The notes: generated by a model from the letters alone, not told the origin. DNA of 62,983 nt, filler included, from Hyphochytrium catenoides (GCA_900088475.1; 16 parts of 16 records of this genome joined end to end with filler, not necessarily neighbours in it), one strand, 5' to 3'. Numbered from the whole stretch's first letter, positions 1 through 12,161 are shown. A program made the numbers and translations.

Positions 1-71
1 TCGTCCTTTCATACGTTTACCCAATGTTGCCTCAGAGTTGACCCAAACTTTACTGATGTCGTTTTACAGTG
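1..71. mobile_element. Right end of a CACTG-terminated (CACTA/EnSpm-like) DNA element
   Basis: 58-71 GTCGTTTTACAGTG is the reverse complement of CACTGTAAAACGAC, matching 13/14 with CACTGGAAAACGAC at 4332. Both ends carry TT(T/G/C)ACCCAA subterminal repeats. Confidence 0.55.
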
Positions 72-237
72 TAGTGTGGTAGAAAAATTGAGGGATCGTT
101 TCTTGACGGTAGTGGCCTTTGGGGTTGATAGTTATCAATGATGATATAGATGCGTCCTGCACGGGTACCCTGCGATCACAGTGCTCCCACGACTCGAACT
201 GCTTGTGGCGATATGTGCACGCCTTTGGCATTCTACC

Positions 238-930
238 TTAAGCCTGATGTATTTGTAAGTTCTGATATTGTAAGTCCTTCTCACTAGTGGCGCAGGGTGC
301 GTCCTTGTCAAGGTTCAACCATCGAAAGGCGTCAACAGCTGTTGTTCTCTCTGCTTCGGAACCGTCTTCAAGTACTCCAAGGAGCACGTCAACCCCACCA
401 AGCTTCCGAATCTGAGTTCGGTTATCCTCATTTTGAGAGGCAAGATTTGCTAGCTGGGAGAGTGCGGCTTCCTTCTCTGCAGGGCTTCCATGCAGAATGA
501 ACTCCAATAGGGTGAGTATGCCAGCGCGCGCCCTCTTCTCTCCGCCTTGCTCCAGAGCCTCTTTTGCTTGACTCTCCTTTGATTTACTTTGGAGCTCTTC
601 GATGAACCTATCTACGTTGTCCATAAGCCCAGCAGCCGACAGGCTCTCTAATGCAAAGAAGTCATACTCCGCATCTAGTGTCATATCGTTCAGCTCATAA
701 TGGACGAGGCCCTCGCTGTATGTCGTAAGCTCCCCGAAGCCAGCTCCTGCAAGCGCGATCCCAAAGCGGTGAGCGCGTGAGTCTTGAATAGCTTCTTTGT
801 CACAGAAGCCGCCGCAACAGAAACACTCTTCCTTGGTGGTAGCGGTTATGCCGTATGCGCAATGGCTCCATGCCGCCTGAAGCTTCTTTAGCCAGGTGTG
901 GTCGTCATCCACCTCTCCTGGATGCTGCAC
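238..930 (-). CDS. Armadillo (ARM) repeat-containing protein, probably a terminal exon or fragment
   Basis: ARM-like segment GILTLLEFILHGSPAEKEAALSQLANLASQNEDNRTQIRKLGGVDVLLGVLEDGSEAERTTAVDAF. There is no ATG start, so the 5' end is uncertain. Confidence 0.6.
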   Translation of the reverse strand: MQHPGEVDDDHTWLKKLQAAWSHCAYGITATTKEECFCCGGFCDKEAIQDSRAHRFGIALAGAGFGELTTYSEGLVHYELNDMTLDAEYDFFALESLSAAGLMDNVDRFIEELQSKSKESQAKEALEQGGEKRARAGILTLLEFILHGSPAEKEAALSQLANLASQNEDNRTQIRKLGGVDVLLGVLEDGSEAERTTAVDAFRWLNLDKDAPCATSEKDLQYQNLQIHQA

Positions 931-1636
931 AGACTAAGTGTGTGCGCAAAAAAGACTTAGAATTTTATTGCCGAGATTCGCTGGCTTCACTGGAGAGTGC
1001 TGCCAAACTGAGACAGTGTCATGGACGGTTTTAGAGAAGGGTCCCTCTATGCGCTACACTATAGCCCGCTGAGTCCCGGTTGGCTGCAGTCAGGCAGTAT
1101 GGTCTGCCTGAGAAATAAAGTTAGCTTCAATTGGAGAAACCCCCATGCCCACCCCACGTTGCGAAAGTGTAACCTCCCCGTATGCGGGGGGTTATCTGCA
1201 GCAGAAGGGAATCCGAGGCACTGCTAGAAAGCTATAATACTCCATAATAATGGAGTAGTAAATAAGGCTCTGTTCAAGCATTCTCAGCAAATAATGGCAG
1301 AATAAATAAGAGTAAACAGGTAGAGTTATTATTATGTTCAGTGGTGGTATCGCCTGTAACCAGCCCTTGACATGATCCAAATAATCTCTAATAAGCAATT
1401 TCCCAGTTCCTTTACAAGGCCACCTGTTATTGAACAAAGGTTCAGTAGGTGCAGTCTTGATCATAACAGGATGGATAGCAAGCTCTTCGTCCGCGATGGC
1501 TTTGTCAAGCTCTTGGAGGGTGCACCGCCTTTGGAAACGAATGGCCGATAGCATCTTCTTCGTGTAAGAGCCGCTATTGACAACGCACTGCAGGTGTCTG
1601 ATGAGGTTGCCAATATAGCCAAGGGAAGGAAGTCGG

Positions 1637-2480
1637 TTGGTAGTGGACGAAGGCAATACCATTTCCAAAGCAAGTGCCTCGGTGTCTTTGTCCAAATCGG
1701 CTGTGGTGGTAGTTCGTCGGTCAAGGAAGCAGCGTATTCTCGCTGCGGTGTACCCCTACACACCTCTCACGCTTGAACAAAGCAGTGAGACCTTCATGGA
1801 AAGAGCCATCAGCAAACAGCTCTCCAGACTTTACTGGTCAAAACCCTGCTGGCTAGTCCACCGTCTCTCGTGGTTCAGTTCATTGGCGACTTGTGTCCTA
1901 TTTCCGATATCCTTCTGTGTCTCCGTAGATGATGCGGCAGGCTTCATAGTATACCTCTCGTATATTCTCGCCGCCCTAACGAGCACCATTCATCAGTTAT
2001 CCGTGACTAACTTCGACCTGGTGGCCAAGTGTACAAGAAGCTATGAGAGGCACTACTTGTCACCTTGGAGCTCATCGCCGTTCTACTAGCTCTTTGGACA
2101 CTACTATGCTTTAGAGTCGTGGTGCTGGTTTGGTGTTTCGCTGCGTTTTGAACACAGCGACCCTCCTTCTATCGTACGATGATGCTCTGCCCGTTGCCGT
2201 CAGAAAGTATTGCCGGCACTTTTATGGTGCTTTCTGCGCCTCCCTACTTGGCGTCGCTCTGCTGCTTTACCTACAGCGTCTGCCTGACAAGATGTGTTTA
2301 TATCGAATGGACCTATTGCATGGTCTAGTGGACGAGTCAAAGGAAGTAACTCCAAGAAGTAAACTCAGTTTTTCTGTGCTGGAGTTCCTCCTCAACCGCA
2401 TCTTCACCCTGCACTTTCCTGACAGCTAAATTGACCTGCTTCCCGTTTAGATGTCATCCGCTTTCGCGTTCAAGCCCACG
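1637..2480 (+). pseudogene. Multi-pass membrane protein, frameshifted
   Basis: Hydrophobic helices are spread over consecutive ORFs 1637-2089 and 2130-2429 that need frameshifts to join. I do not recognise a named family. Confidence 0.4.
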
Positions 2481-3240
2481 CGCAAGACATCATCGCGCTC
2501 CAAAGGAAGTTCACTTGCGAAAGAATTCTTCAGAATCTCATACAACTGCTGCTTCTTCTCGGGTGCAGCAAACTCGTGGCGCAAACTGTTCCTGATCTGG
2601 CGGAAGTGAGATACTGTCAGTGGTGGCAACATTGTCTTTACCATCTGGTGTCTTGTAACGGCTTTCAAGCTTTGCTGTGAACCTTATAGCTTGCACAGTA
2701 TCCTGAGTGGTAAAGGCTTGCTTGATCTTAGTTGGTGAGTGAGCGGCGATCAAGGGATGCCGTGTGATATCCACCATCGTCCGGCGCTTCACTTGATGAT
2801 CCCTTTCCAGGCACCGATGTGCAAGCTCTACGATGGTTTCTGACCTCGTCAGCTTCCGTAGACGATCTACAGATGCCTCCATGGCCTCTTCAACATTATC
2901 AACAACGACGTCGTTTTCAGGAGGGGTACATGTCAGCACCAGGTTTTCACTGACTCCTTTCAAAGCCTCTTTCCGTCTTATTGGATAAAACATGTCTAAT
3001 CAGAGTAAGAGCCCACCAAGAATATTGCCAGCAAATAGAAGCTCTAGCGGGACCAAGAGGTGACTTTGGCCAGCTATTTCTTCGGTTGTGATGGAGCTAC
3101 TATGATGTAACGACGAGGACTCAACTGATAAGAGCCAGGTCAACTCTATGCCGGGAATACAAAGGTGATTCAGTGAGTTGATCATCATCCCTCCTCAATG
3201 GAAGTCACTCGCTTTTATAACAACAGTCTCCTCGTACTTT
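2447..3240 (-). pseudogene. Degenerate protein-kinase-like C-lobe
   Basis: VELAHRCLERDHQVKRRTMVDITRHPLI resembles kinase subdomain XI. Upstream in the same frame are VVIKASDF and GLLL*LDMFYP, interrupted by stops. Confidence 0.3.
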
Positions 3241-3911
3241 TATTTAGTCTCGTTTTATCACGGCAAAAGTAACGGACAGTTCTGACAACTTTTACGCAAG
3301 CAGCGCTAACGTCCCCTAGTGGCTCTCTTCAATACAGCTAGCGATGGATGACTATCCGAAGAATGGACGGCCCTTATACCCCTAACCTTCTTTTGACCAG
3401 ATTATACCTGCCGACCAGATCCCTTTCTTCCATTGCGGGTACTTATGATCGGAGTCCAGTCTGCGAGGGTTTAGCATCGCTACTGAAATGGACACTTGCA
3501 AACCTGTCAGAGCTTTAACCTATTTCATTCTCTACAAAAGGACTTCTTTGTACTGGTGGAGCTGGCACGTGTGGGTTGACTCACAAGGGGGCGAAAGACG
3601 ACGGCATTGAAACCTTGTGGAGCTTTGTTGCCTCTGCGGCCAGCCGTTGCGCTTTAGGGTGAGAAGAGAGCAACGAAAACCTTCAGATGATAAAGCAACA
3701 TCGAGAAGGCAATGCTGACAGTCTCCTTTTGCACAAGTCTGCCGCAGACCTTTTGTTGCTGTTCTCATTCACCGCTGCCTCTTGGTTGCTGTTACGATAG
3801 CCTCTTTTAGCGTTAATATGAACGACATGGCTCCGAAGGAAGAGAAGAGGTGATGAACTTCCTTCGCCTCCATCTACGGGGTCGACCCATGTCTCCGATG
3901 GTAAGAGCTCA

Positions 3912-4331
3912 TTGACGCAACAAGAGAATCATGGCATCACCGCGCAAACTGCAACGCCAAGAAGTAAAAGGCACCGCCTCTCGGTGTGGAGACGTCTCTT
4001 GCTCTATCATCAGGGACTCCAAGTAGACTCGGCTCTCTTCTTACTTCCACGGTTCCATACTCTAGGAACTCTGTGGACGCTGTTCGAGCTAAGCATCTTC
4101 CTCCTGACCCTTTTCCAGACCGACTTTGCTGTCAACATAGCGGACACGCCCACCCAAATGATCAAGTCTCGGTTGCGGCAGCAAGTATTTCTGAGTGAAT
4201 ATGTGCGCATTCTTCAGGACCTGGAAAAAGATTCTACTATCACCATGGTTATGGGTTCGTTAGAACTATCATCAGATCGCTGTGATCCATTGCCTAACTC
4301 GCCTTATAATACCTTCATTATGGCACATTCG
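3912..4331 (+). pseudogene. Membrane protein paralogue A, interrupted by a CACTG element
   Basis: WRRLLLYHQGLQVDSALFLLPRFHTLGTLWTLFELSIFLLTLFQTDF aligns with the 5055-5726 protein. Homology stops where the CACTG terminus begins at 4332. Confidence 0.55.
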
Positions 4332-4684
4332 CACTGGAAAACGACCAGCCCTCAACCCGAGGATTACCCAAAGTTCCTCTCCATGTTCACCCAAGGTTCC
4401 CTGTATCTTCACCCAATGTTCTCCCTTATGTTTACCCAAATACCCTCCCAAGATTACCCCGTGTTACGGCTTTTTTTCAACTTTTACCGGCTAAAACTCT
4501 GATTCGGAATATAGGCCAGACTTTCTGTTCTAATACCATATTTGTACCACCTATTACTGTATTTCACCCTACCACCCTGTTTTAATAGCAGCCATGAACC
4601 CATTTAGAATATACTGCATTACTACTACCCTCTTGAAGCCTATGTTTATATTAGAGGACTAACGCCATACATTAGTATAGATGA
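4332..4684. mobile_element. Left end of a CACTG-terminated (CACTA-like) element with subterminal repeats, truncated by an N gap
   Basis: Starts CACTGGAAAACGAC, followed by about five degenerate ~22-bp repeats built on TTACCCAA/TCACCCAA (4363-4465), then AT-rich sequence. Confidence 0.55.
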
Positions 4685-4954
4685 NNNNNNNNNNNNNNNN
4701 NNNNNNNNNNNNNNNNNNNNNNNNNNNNNNNNNCACAGAAGTGGATGGTCGACAGAACGAGACGGCCAGAGTTAGCAAGAAAGGAGCACCAGCGGCGGAA
4801 AGAAAGGGACAGAGGTTAGAGGGCAGAAGGGCGGCAATACAGGTAGCGAGAGGGGGAGACGGGGAGTTAGTAGCAAGCAAAGGTCAGACGTTAGTTTAGT
4901 GCAACAAAACGTTACCAGCAGGAGAACAGACAGAAAGCAGACAGCAACAGTTCA

Positions 4955-5054
4955 NNNNNNNNNNNNNNNNNNNNNNNNNNNNNNNNNNNNNNNNNNNNTT
5001 AATTAATTAANNNNNNNNNNNNNNNNNNNNNNNNNNNNNNNNNNNNNNNNNNNN
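4955..5054. other. Artificial 100-bp contig spacer N44-TTAATTAATTAA-N44 (first of 15)
   Basis: Identical spacer with stops in all six frames at 4955, 7666, 10436, 13558, 17146, 32250, 40949, 45883, 48379, 52210, 53535, 54974, 56206, 59077 and 61838. Confidence 0.97.
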
Positions 5055-5726
5055 AGTGGTCTCGCTCTCCTCTCGCAGGACGTCTGCCTTCGAGCGTTGC
5101 TGGTCTTCTTGTGCCTTAGAAAGCCAATCACCTTGAGCGATGTCAATGGCCAACAGAGACTGAGTCCTGGTGAACATAAAGAAAGGAGATCCTGGAGGTG
5201 GGCCGCAATAGTCCGTGTATGGGTCACGAAAGGCTCCAGAGAATATTGATATGACAGAGCTGTTCTCCATGCTGATGAGGCTGTCCCAATCTATCGCTGC
5301 CGCACTTCCGACGTCCAGCCCTTTCCGTGACTTGAGAATCTGTGTGATGAGGTCCAAAGACTCGAAGGAGTAGTCCGTCTCCCATAGCGCCAGCAGAAAG
5401 ATGAACAGCTCTATAACTGCCCACGCGATGGCCAGCAGTGGAAAGCGTGGGAGGGTGAAGATTACCTTTCTGACATGCAGTGTGTCTCTATAGAGCAGCA
5501 ACCTTCTCCAGAATGACAGGCGTCTCGTAAGGACAGAGCGACGTGGCAGTCTGTCCGTAGACGGTGAGGAGGTGACATTGCTAGGGCCCTGAGGAGAAAT
5601 ATTATCACCAGCAGCATCACGCTTCTCGGCTCTACAGCTCGGTTCCGGCTGGCCTTTCTGAAACTGATCTCTGGTGGAGAATAGAGGACCATTCTCATTG
5701 CCCGCTGAGCTTCTTGCACGTTCCAT
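5055..5726 (-). CDS. Membrane protein paralogue B, 3' truncated by a spacer
   Basis: Open frame from ATG 5726 with the TM segment FPLLAIAWAVIELFIFLLALWETDY. Clear homology to 3912-4331. Confidence 0.6.
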
Positions 5727-7166
5727 GCTGCTCTAGGAGTCCGTCGTGACCGGATGGAGAGAGGATGAGAGCAACGACCAGGCAGCTCACGGGTGATGTC
5801 TCTAAAGAAGAAGTGTACGGCTGTTGTTATCGGCAGGGAGGATGTTAGCTCGTCATTGGCCCGCTTTGGCAGCAGGCCGCTAAAGGCCAATCCTCATGTC
5901 ATTTTAGATAGTAGTGGAAAGCTCCTAGTAGTAGGGACGGGGCTCCACCGGGAGTAAGTAGTGGAAGGTATCAGCAGATCGCCGTCGGTCGGAGTGTCTG
6001 CCACTGGTGGGGGAGATCGAAAAGTAGCTCGAGTGTCGGCCAATCTGCTGTTATCGATAGCGAAAGGAGGAGACAAGAGGTACGGATCGTGCGGCGTCCC
6101 AGGTCAATAATAGCTGTTGCGGACTTAGTTAACCATCATGATGGTCCCTCATCTGTTCTCTTTCCAACTCCTCTAGCAGTGGGGCCTGCAGGACAGTAGT
6201 AAAAAGATCAGGGACGACCTAACTCTCCTCCTGTGTCTGCACTAGAGCAGTACGATGCAGCAGCTTAAAGGACGGAGACAACCTGAGGAGTAGAATGCAA
6301 AGGCAGACTGGCAGTGCTCACGGTCGGTGGTGATGTATGATGGCAACAAGAACATACATAAGGGACCAGCTTTCTAGCAGGAGGGGCCAAGACACCAAGA
6401 ACGGTCTTCCCTCACGAGCCCGCGGCTGCTCCCTGTTGCTACCTTCCGCCTGCCGCGAACATCCGGCATCGTCAATGGAAGCAGCAGCAGCAAGAACAGA
6501 AGAGGACTAAGAAGTGAGAGAGACAGACGGCCGATGGTCAAGGACAGTTGGGCCGTTACTTCGCTAATAGTCGTTACTGGCTACGGAGTCCAGAAAGGGG
6601 AGCATCTCTCATGAAGATAGCCTCCTTCATACACATGCACCGGCGATGGGCTGATCAGCATCCATCATCCGACAGAGGACAAACCAACGTCGTCAGAGCC
6701 ATAGGCCAGCAATATTATTAGGAAGAGAATGACAAGTCGGGGAGGATGGAAGGAAAGTCTCTACTACTGCCACCACGAAGGAAGAGAACAACGAGTGAGG
6801 CGGTGACGTCTCCCGAGGAGGGACAACGGCGAAATGGTAAAGAGGAGGGGTAAGAAGGGGAGTGAGGGCGTTGTTATGGAGAAGAAGAGAAGAGGGAACG
6901 AGCGAGCCATTGAGCGTCCAGCTACCAGCGAAGATCAGAAGAAAGAGGCGGGGAGAAGATGGAGAAGAAGACATATATGGTGGGAGAGGAGGTCTATTTA
7001 CTTCCGTCATTCAAAGGCAATGACGGACGACTCCACTGCTACGAGAACAAAGATGGTCGCGTCTCTCTGAAGTACTCCGCGCTCTTCTTTCGCGACTCTT
7101 TCTACCTATTGCCGGCCCTAACAATAGGGTCCAGTCCAGCTCAGCGGGTCGTGCTCGGTGGTGGTC

Positions 7167-7665
7167 TTAACCCTCCAAGGACGAAAGTTGCGAGGAGCGA
7201 AGGTTTGCACGCAATCTTGCGCGAATGTTGATTTACAACCTGGGCTAAATTGCCAAAATGGTGGCAAATGGCAAATAAGATTTGTAGACTTGGTGATTAT
7301 TCGACCCCTCAAAAGCACACCATCTGCCCGTACCGGCTCCCTTGGTTTGTTTTGGTGTATTCGGAAGATGGTTTACTCTTTCCTGATTCGATTAATCAGG
7401 TTAGTTTGGGCCAAAGATCAGTTCATGGGCTAATTTCGGTACTGGCACGTCTTCACATCTGCAGATTGTGTACAGTACAGCTGTAGCGGCGCTGTTGTTC
7501 GGTGCAGCTTATCGCTGGAAACAATAAAAAAATGCGCAGCAGCTGCTGCTGCTGCTTGCTGCTGCTGCTTGCTGCTGCTCCTCCCCGGATGCTGCTCGCT
7601 GGTGCCCTCTGCTGCTACTACTTGCCTGTTTCATGACTTGTTGACACCGAGTGACGAAGTTTTTT
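7167..7665. mobile_element. Possible piggyBac-like element end
   Basis: TTAA followed by CCCT (TTAA|CCCTCCAAGGACG) at a visible change in sequence character. The other end is not present because of the spacer at 7666. Confidence 0.3.
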
Positions 7666-8099
7666 NNNNNNNNNNNNNNNNNNNNNNNNNNNNNNNNNNN
7701 NNNNNNNNNTTAATTAATTAANNNNNNNNNNNNNNNNNNNNNNNNNNNNNNNNNNNNNNNNNNNNCTGCGCTGAGAGGTAAGACTCTGGGGGAGGAGTTC
7801 AAAGCATCTTACTCAGTCGGAAGAGGCGCCTATCCTCCTCGATTTGCCTTGTCTCCATCTGTAGAGGCCGAGACTTCGCCTTGAGATCTGTTCTCTGCTC
7901 TACAGGATCAGTGGTGCTCGAACAGCCGCTTCTGCAGCAACACAAGATCGGGGCAACAGACAACATAACAGACAGACAGCTGCAGCACATAGGTGCCTGC
8001 CTACTTGTAGCAGGGTCCGGAAGTTGTCGTGTGCCCGCCTTGTTTGCTGAGTCTTTTGGCTGCCCGGTATACTCTAGGTTACCGTAGCTCCTGAACAGG

Positions 8100-10435
8100 A
8101 TGAGACAGCTACTGGGCCAGTCTGGCGGCTCCTACTTGGGCCTCTCAGTCCGCCACCTGGTGCGGAGGAGACGTGGGGTTCAGTTGGTGGCACGGACCGT
8201 GCAATGCTCAGACCACCCTACTCCCATGCTCAACCGAGGGTTTGCCCGGCGAAGAAAGCTTGTGGAGCAGAAGAACGAAACTGTGGTCCCTAGTGCCAGC
8301 TCTTTAGAGTCGTCGTTGTTAGAGAGTTTTGGGACAGGGGCGGAGTTTGGGACCCTGCCGAAGAGCGTAGAAGAGAATTCTTCACTGGGTATTCTATCTC
8401 TCACAGAAAGTGCGGAAGAGGACTCCCCTGGGCCCACGAAGTCTGAGCCTGACAAGCCGGCTGCTTTATCTACAGCCGACCTGCTAGCTTCGCTACGGGA
8501 AACCCTCGTCACAGGGCAAAGTCAGAGGTCTAAGCCTATTTTCAATGCCGAGAAAAATGCACCGAAGACGAAGGTCAAACCCCAGCTTTCCCTGTCACAG
8601 TTGTTTGACGATGAAGAGCTATTTGGTTCAAGTGACGATGAAGCTGACAGTGATGAAGATGAGGACGAGGACGAAGATGTGGTTATTGAGGTGGTCAATC
8701 AGAAGCTTGATGAATTATACTCCAAGTCAAAGAACGTCCATAGCATGTGGACTAAGAAGGGAAAGAAGAGAAAAATTTACCGCTTTCTCAAGGCCATCGC
8801 CAACCACCGCGTAGGCTATCGCATTGGGAAGCAGCATTATATCCCTCACGATGTGTGGATGGCCGGCATCAAGCGTTTCCAGTTAGAAGTGATGACTGCA
8901 CCCAAGGCCCTGTTCGCCGGCGCTATCTCCACTGTGGAACAGGACATTGATAGCTTTTTGAAGAAACCTTCAAACAAGCTAGCAGCGCTTTTTCATAAAA
9001 AGCACATAATTCCCTTCATCGCATCAAGGACAGACCTAGAGCACGACGATGAGAACTACAAGTCTCTCGTGACTTCTACTGACCTCACTCTCCTCCACGA
9101 GTGGTATCCTCTGGCGCGATCTATGAAGCGGAAGATTATCTATCACTCAGGCCCGACCAATAGTGGAAAGACGCACCAAGCGTTGACGAGTCTGAAGGCA
9201 GCGGAAAGAGGGATCTATTGCGGGCCATTGAGGCTCTTGGCACTAGAGGTAAGAGGCTAGACAGACGCCATCATATAGTTATCTGCATTAGAGCTTGCCC
9301 TCATGCGCCCACCGGATGCTTAACAGCAGGGCCGTCTCTATTGGCTTTCTTCACTTACTCGCTGGGTGTAATAAGTTCACCGTTCCGTCGTCGATAATGC
9401 TTTTACTGCTCTCTATTCTAGGGTTAACCCACTGTTCGATGTTTTGCACCCCGACAGGTCTATGAGCGCCTCAATGTGGACGGGGTCTACTGCTCCCTCG
9501 TGACGGGCCAAGAGAAGCGCATTATTGAGACAGCCAATCATGTCTCTTGTACCATCGAGATGACAGACACGAACAAGATGTATGACGTCGCCGTGGTAGA
9601 CGAAGTTCAGATGATTGGCGATCAAGACCGAGGTCATAACTGGACCAAGTGCATTCTAGGTCTTCCTGCCACCGAAATACACGTCTGCGGATCCTCAGAG
9701 GCTCTGAAGCTAGTCAAAAACATGGTACAAGTAACGGGCGATGAGCTCCAGATCAAGCGATATAAGAGACGGACGAAACTTGAGCCTACGAACAGCTTGA
9801 GTGGAGATTTGTCGAAGATTGAGCGCGGGGATTGTGTCATAGCTTTTTCTAGAAAGGAAATCTACAGGCTCAAGGACATGATAGAGCGTGCGACAAAGCT
9901 TAAGTGCTGTGTGATATATGGCAGTCTCCCTTCTGAGACCCGCTCACAGCAGGCTCGTCTTTTCAACGACCCTTCGTCGGACTATGACGTGCTTGTGGCT
10001 TCAGATGCGGTGGGCATGGGACTGAATCTAAATATCCGCAGAGTAGTTTTTTCTACTCTGAGGAAGTTCAACGGAACCGAGATGCAAGAAATCACTCCTT
10101 CTCAGGCAAAACAGATTGCTGGCCGCGCAGGAAGATTTGGCTCAGCATATCCCGTGGGCTATTATACGACACTCCACGATGTGGACCTACGGGCGCTTAT
10201 CAGCGCGTACGAGTCAGACCCCCGTCATTTGGAAGTGGCTGGTTTCTTCCCTACTGTTGAGCAGCTTGTGCAGTTTGCAGAACTTCTTCCCGTCAAAGTC
10301 AGTCTTTCGGATTTGCTGGACCGCTTCACTACGCTGTCAAGGCTCAAGCAGGGCTACTTCTTCTGCAAATTTGATGAGATTAAGATGGTCTGTGGCAAGC
10401 TAGAAGCCCTCTCACTCCCTCTTGCGACACAATGG
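8100..10435 (+). CDS. SUV3: SUV3-like ATP-dependent RNA helicase (mitochondrial degradosome), 2 exons, 3' truncated
   Basis: Motifs [37 protein letters not shown]|[41 protein letters not shown] and [12 protein letters not shown] intron 9249-9457. Arg-rich N-terminus consistent with a targeting peptide. Confidence 0.95.
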
Positions 10436-10535
10436 NNNNNNNNNNNNNNNNNNNNNNNNNNNNNNNNNNNNNNNNNNNNTTAATTAATTAANNNNNNNNN
10501 NNNNNNNNNNNNNNNNNNNNNNNNNNNNNNNNNNN

Positions 10536-11366
10536 AGATGAAATTCTTATCGGAGAACAACACCGAAGACGTGCTATGCGCTTTACCAACAAGAGTTATG
10601 ATGAAGAAGACGGCTTTGCAGCATACACTCTACATCAACAAAGGATAAAGGAACCTCATCATCACCGTCATCAAGAGACCAAGAACAAGGCTCATCCAGG
10701 GTCATCAGCATCATCAACAAACATTAAAGTTCGCGACGGAGTGCCCATTTTGCGGAAGTCGCAGCCATCCTTCAGAGAAATGCTGGGAACTCGAGCAGAA
10801 CGCTCATCACAGACCGTCTTTCTGGAAATCACGCTCTAAAAGGAATCTGACAAAAGCTTTGAAGAAAATTATTGATTTATCTTTATCAAAGAAGAAGACT
10901 TCTTATCGTGAAGCAGTCAAGGCAATACTGAGAAGAACTGAAGAACCAAACCAGCTCATCACTAAGGAAACATCTCAACAACCAACTAAACTATCACTTT
11001 CTGAAGAAGAAGCACGGACAGGAGTCAACCAACATCAACGTCCCAAGGATCCAAATGAAGGACCATTAAGCAATACGCAGGCTCTGAATCAAGAAAAGCT
11101 TGACGCTGCTAACAATACTCTCCATTCTTTTTACCTAGCGCTGAAGCAATCAGACAATGGAATTTTTCTGGAGATCTCGACGCGTTTATCAAAGAGGCTA
11201 AGGAAACAGCACCTTGCCAACCTCGCTGTCCATCGTACGTCAAAAAATGTGTGCAGTGGAAACCCAAAAACCAAGTACTCTCTTTCTAGCGGGTCTACAG
11301 CATGCGGGGAGGTGTTGAATGGTCAGCTTCGACCCTTCACAATAGGGAGTTCGAGCTGCGGGGAGG
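10536..11366 (+). mobile_element. 3' internal region of an LTR retrotransposon with ORF remnants and a duplicated polypurine tract
   Basis: Broken ORFs 10576-10839 and 10859-11416 precede TGCGGGGAGGTGTTG, which occurs twice (11303-11317 and 11357-11371). Confidence 0.55.
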
Positions 11367-11689
11367 TGTTGGAGTCAGAGGGCACAGCTATGTGGCCTAC
11401 AAGCTGGCAAGCTTAACTACCCAAGTTTCAGCTCTAAACTCCCAGTAGAAGCCGAGATATGAAGCAAACGAAATGTCCCTGTTATATCTATGGCTTATGG
11501 TCAGTACCCCGGAATACCTTCAGGACTGACTGTTCTAGACAGGGATTTCTCTATGACTGAATATCTTCGGGTTTATTAGGGATAGTTGGCATAGTCAGAA
11601 TAGCTCTAGATTATGGGATCCCAGTTGGGCTTATAAGTAGAGCACTCTCATCTAATGACATTGTCCAATCATCCCATACAAATTCAACA
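11367..11689 (+). mobile_element. Long terminal repeat (~323 bp)
   Basis: TGTTG...CAACA inverted termini, directly preceded by the PPT GCGGGGAGG, with a TATA-like TTATAAG near 11630. Confidence 0.75.
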
Positions 11690-12161
11690 AAACACCTTTT
11701 AGAGCTCTTGTCAGCTTCGGCTCTCAACACATCCCTACGCTCAATCCTGTAGTTTGAGCCATCCCGCGTACGCTGATTCTTGCCCTTCCAGCAGCGACAG
11801 GAGCTCATCAGAGACTAGGGGAACCAGTTTGTTGATCGTCTTCCGATCATTCTTCTTCCAGTTCTTCTTGCTCGTCTCTGTGAAATCCTTACTGGTGAGC
11901 GGGTCTTTGCCATCAGCCAGCAGTGTTTGACTCTCATCCTCGATGTGGACGAGAAGGTCTAACTCATCCAGGTAACTTCGAACCCTTCTTGACCAGATAG
12001 AATACTGGTCCTTGCTGTGTAGAACAGCGATATTGTGCGGATGAAGTCCGCCTTCCTTTGATGTCATTGTTGGATGTGACAGGATCGTCACTCTAGCAGC
12101 TCAAGTGAGAAGAGGAGAAGCAACAGTCACGACCAACTGCGAGTGTGGGCCTAACATAACC
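11690..12161 (-). mobile_element. Ty1/copia gag N-terminus with primer-binding site, interrupted by the LTR at 11689
   Basis: YSIWSRRVRSYLDELDL...WKKNDRKTINKLVPLVSDELLSLLEGQESAYAGWLKLQ matches copia gag. On the minus strand, CA|GGTTATG(TTA)GGCCC at 12147-12163 resembles the copia half-tRNA-iMet PBS GGTTATGGGCCC. Confidence 0.8.

Noticed and set aside
1192-1695. 167-aa minus-strand ORF
   Set aside because: No recognisable motif and an AT-rich low-complexity tail, so I cannot support a call.
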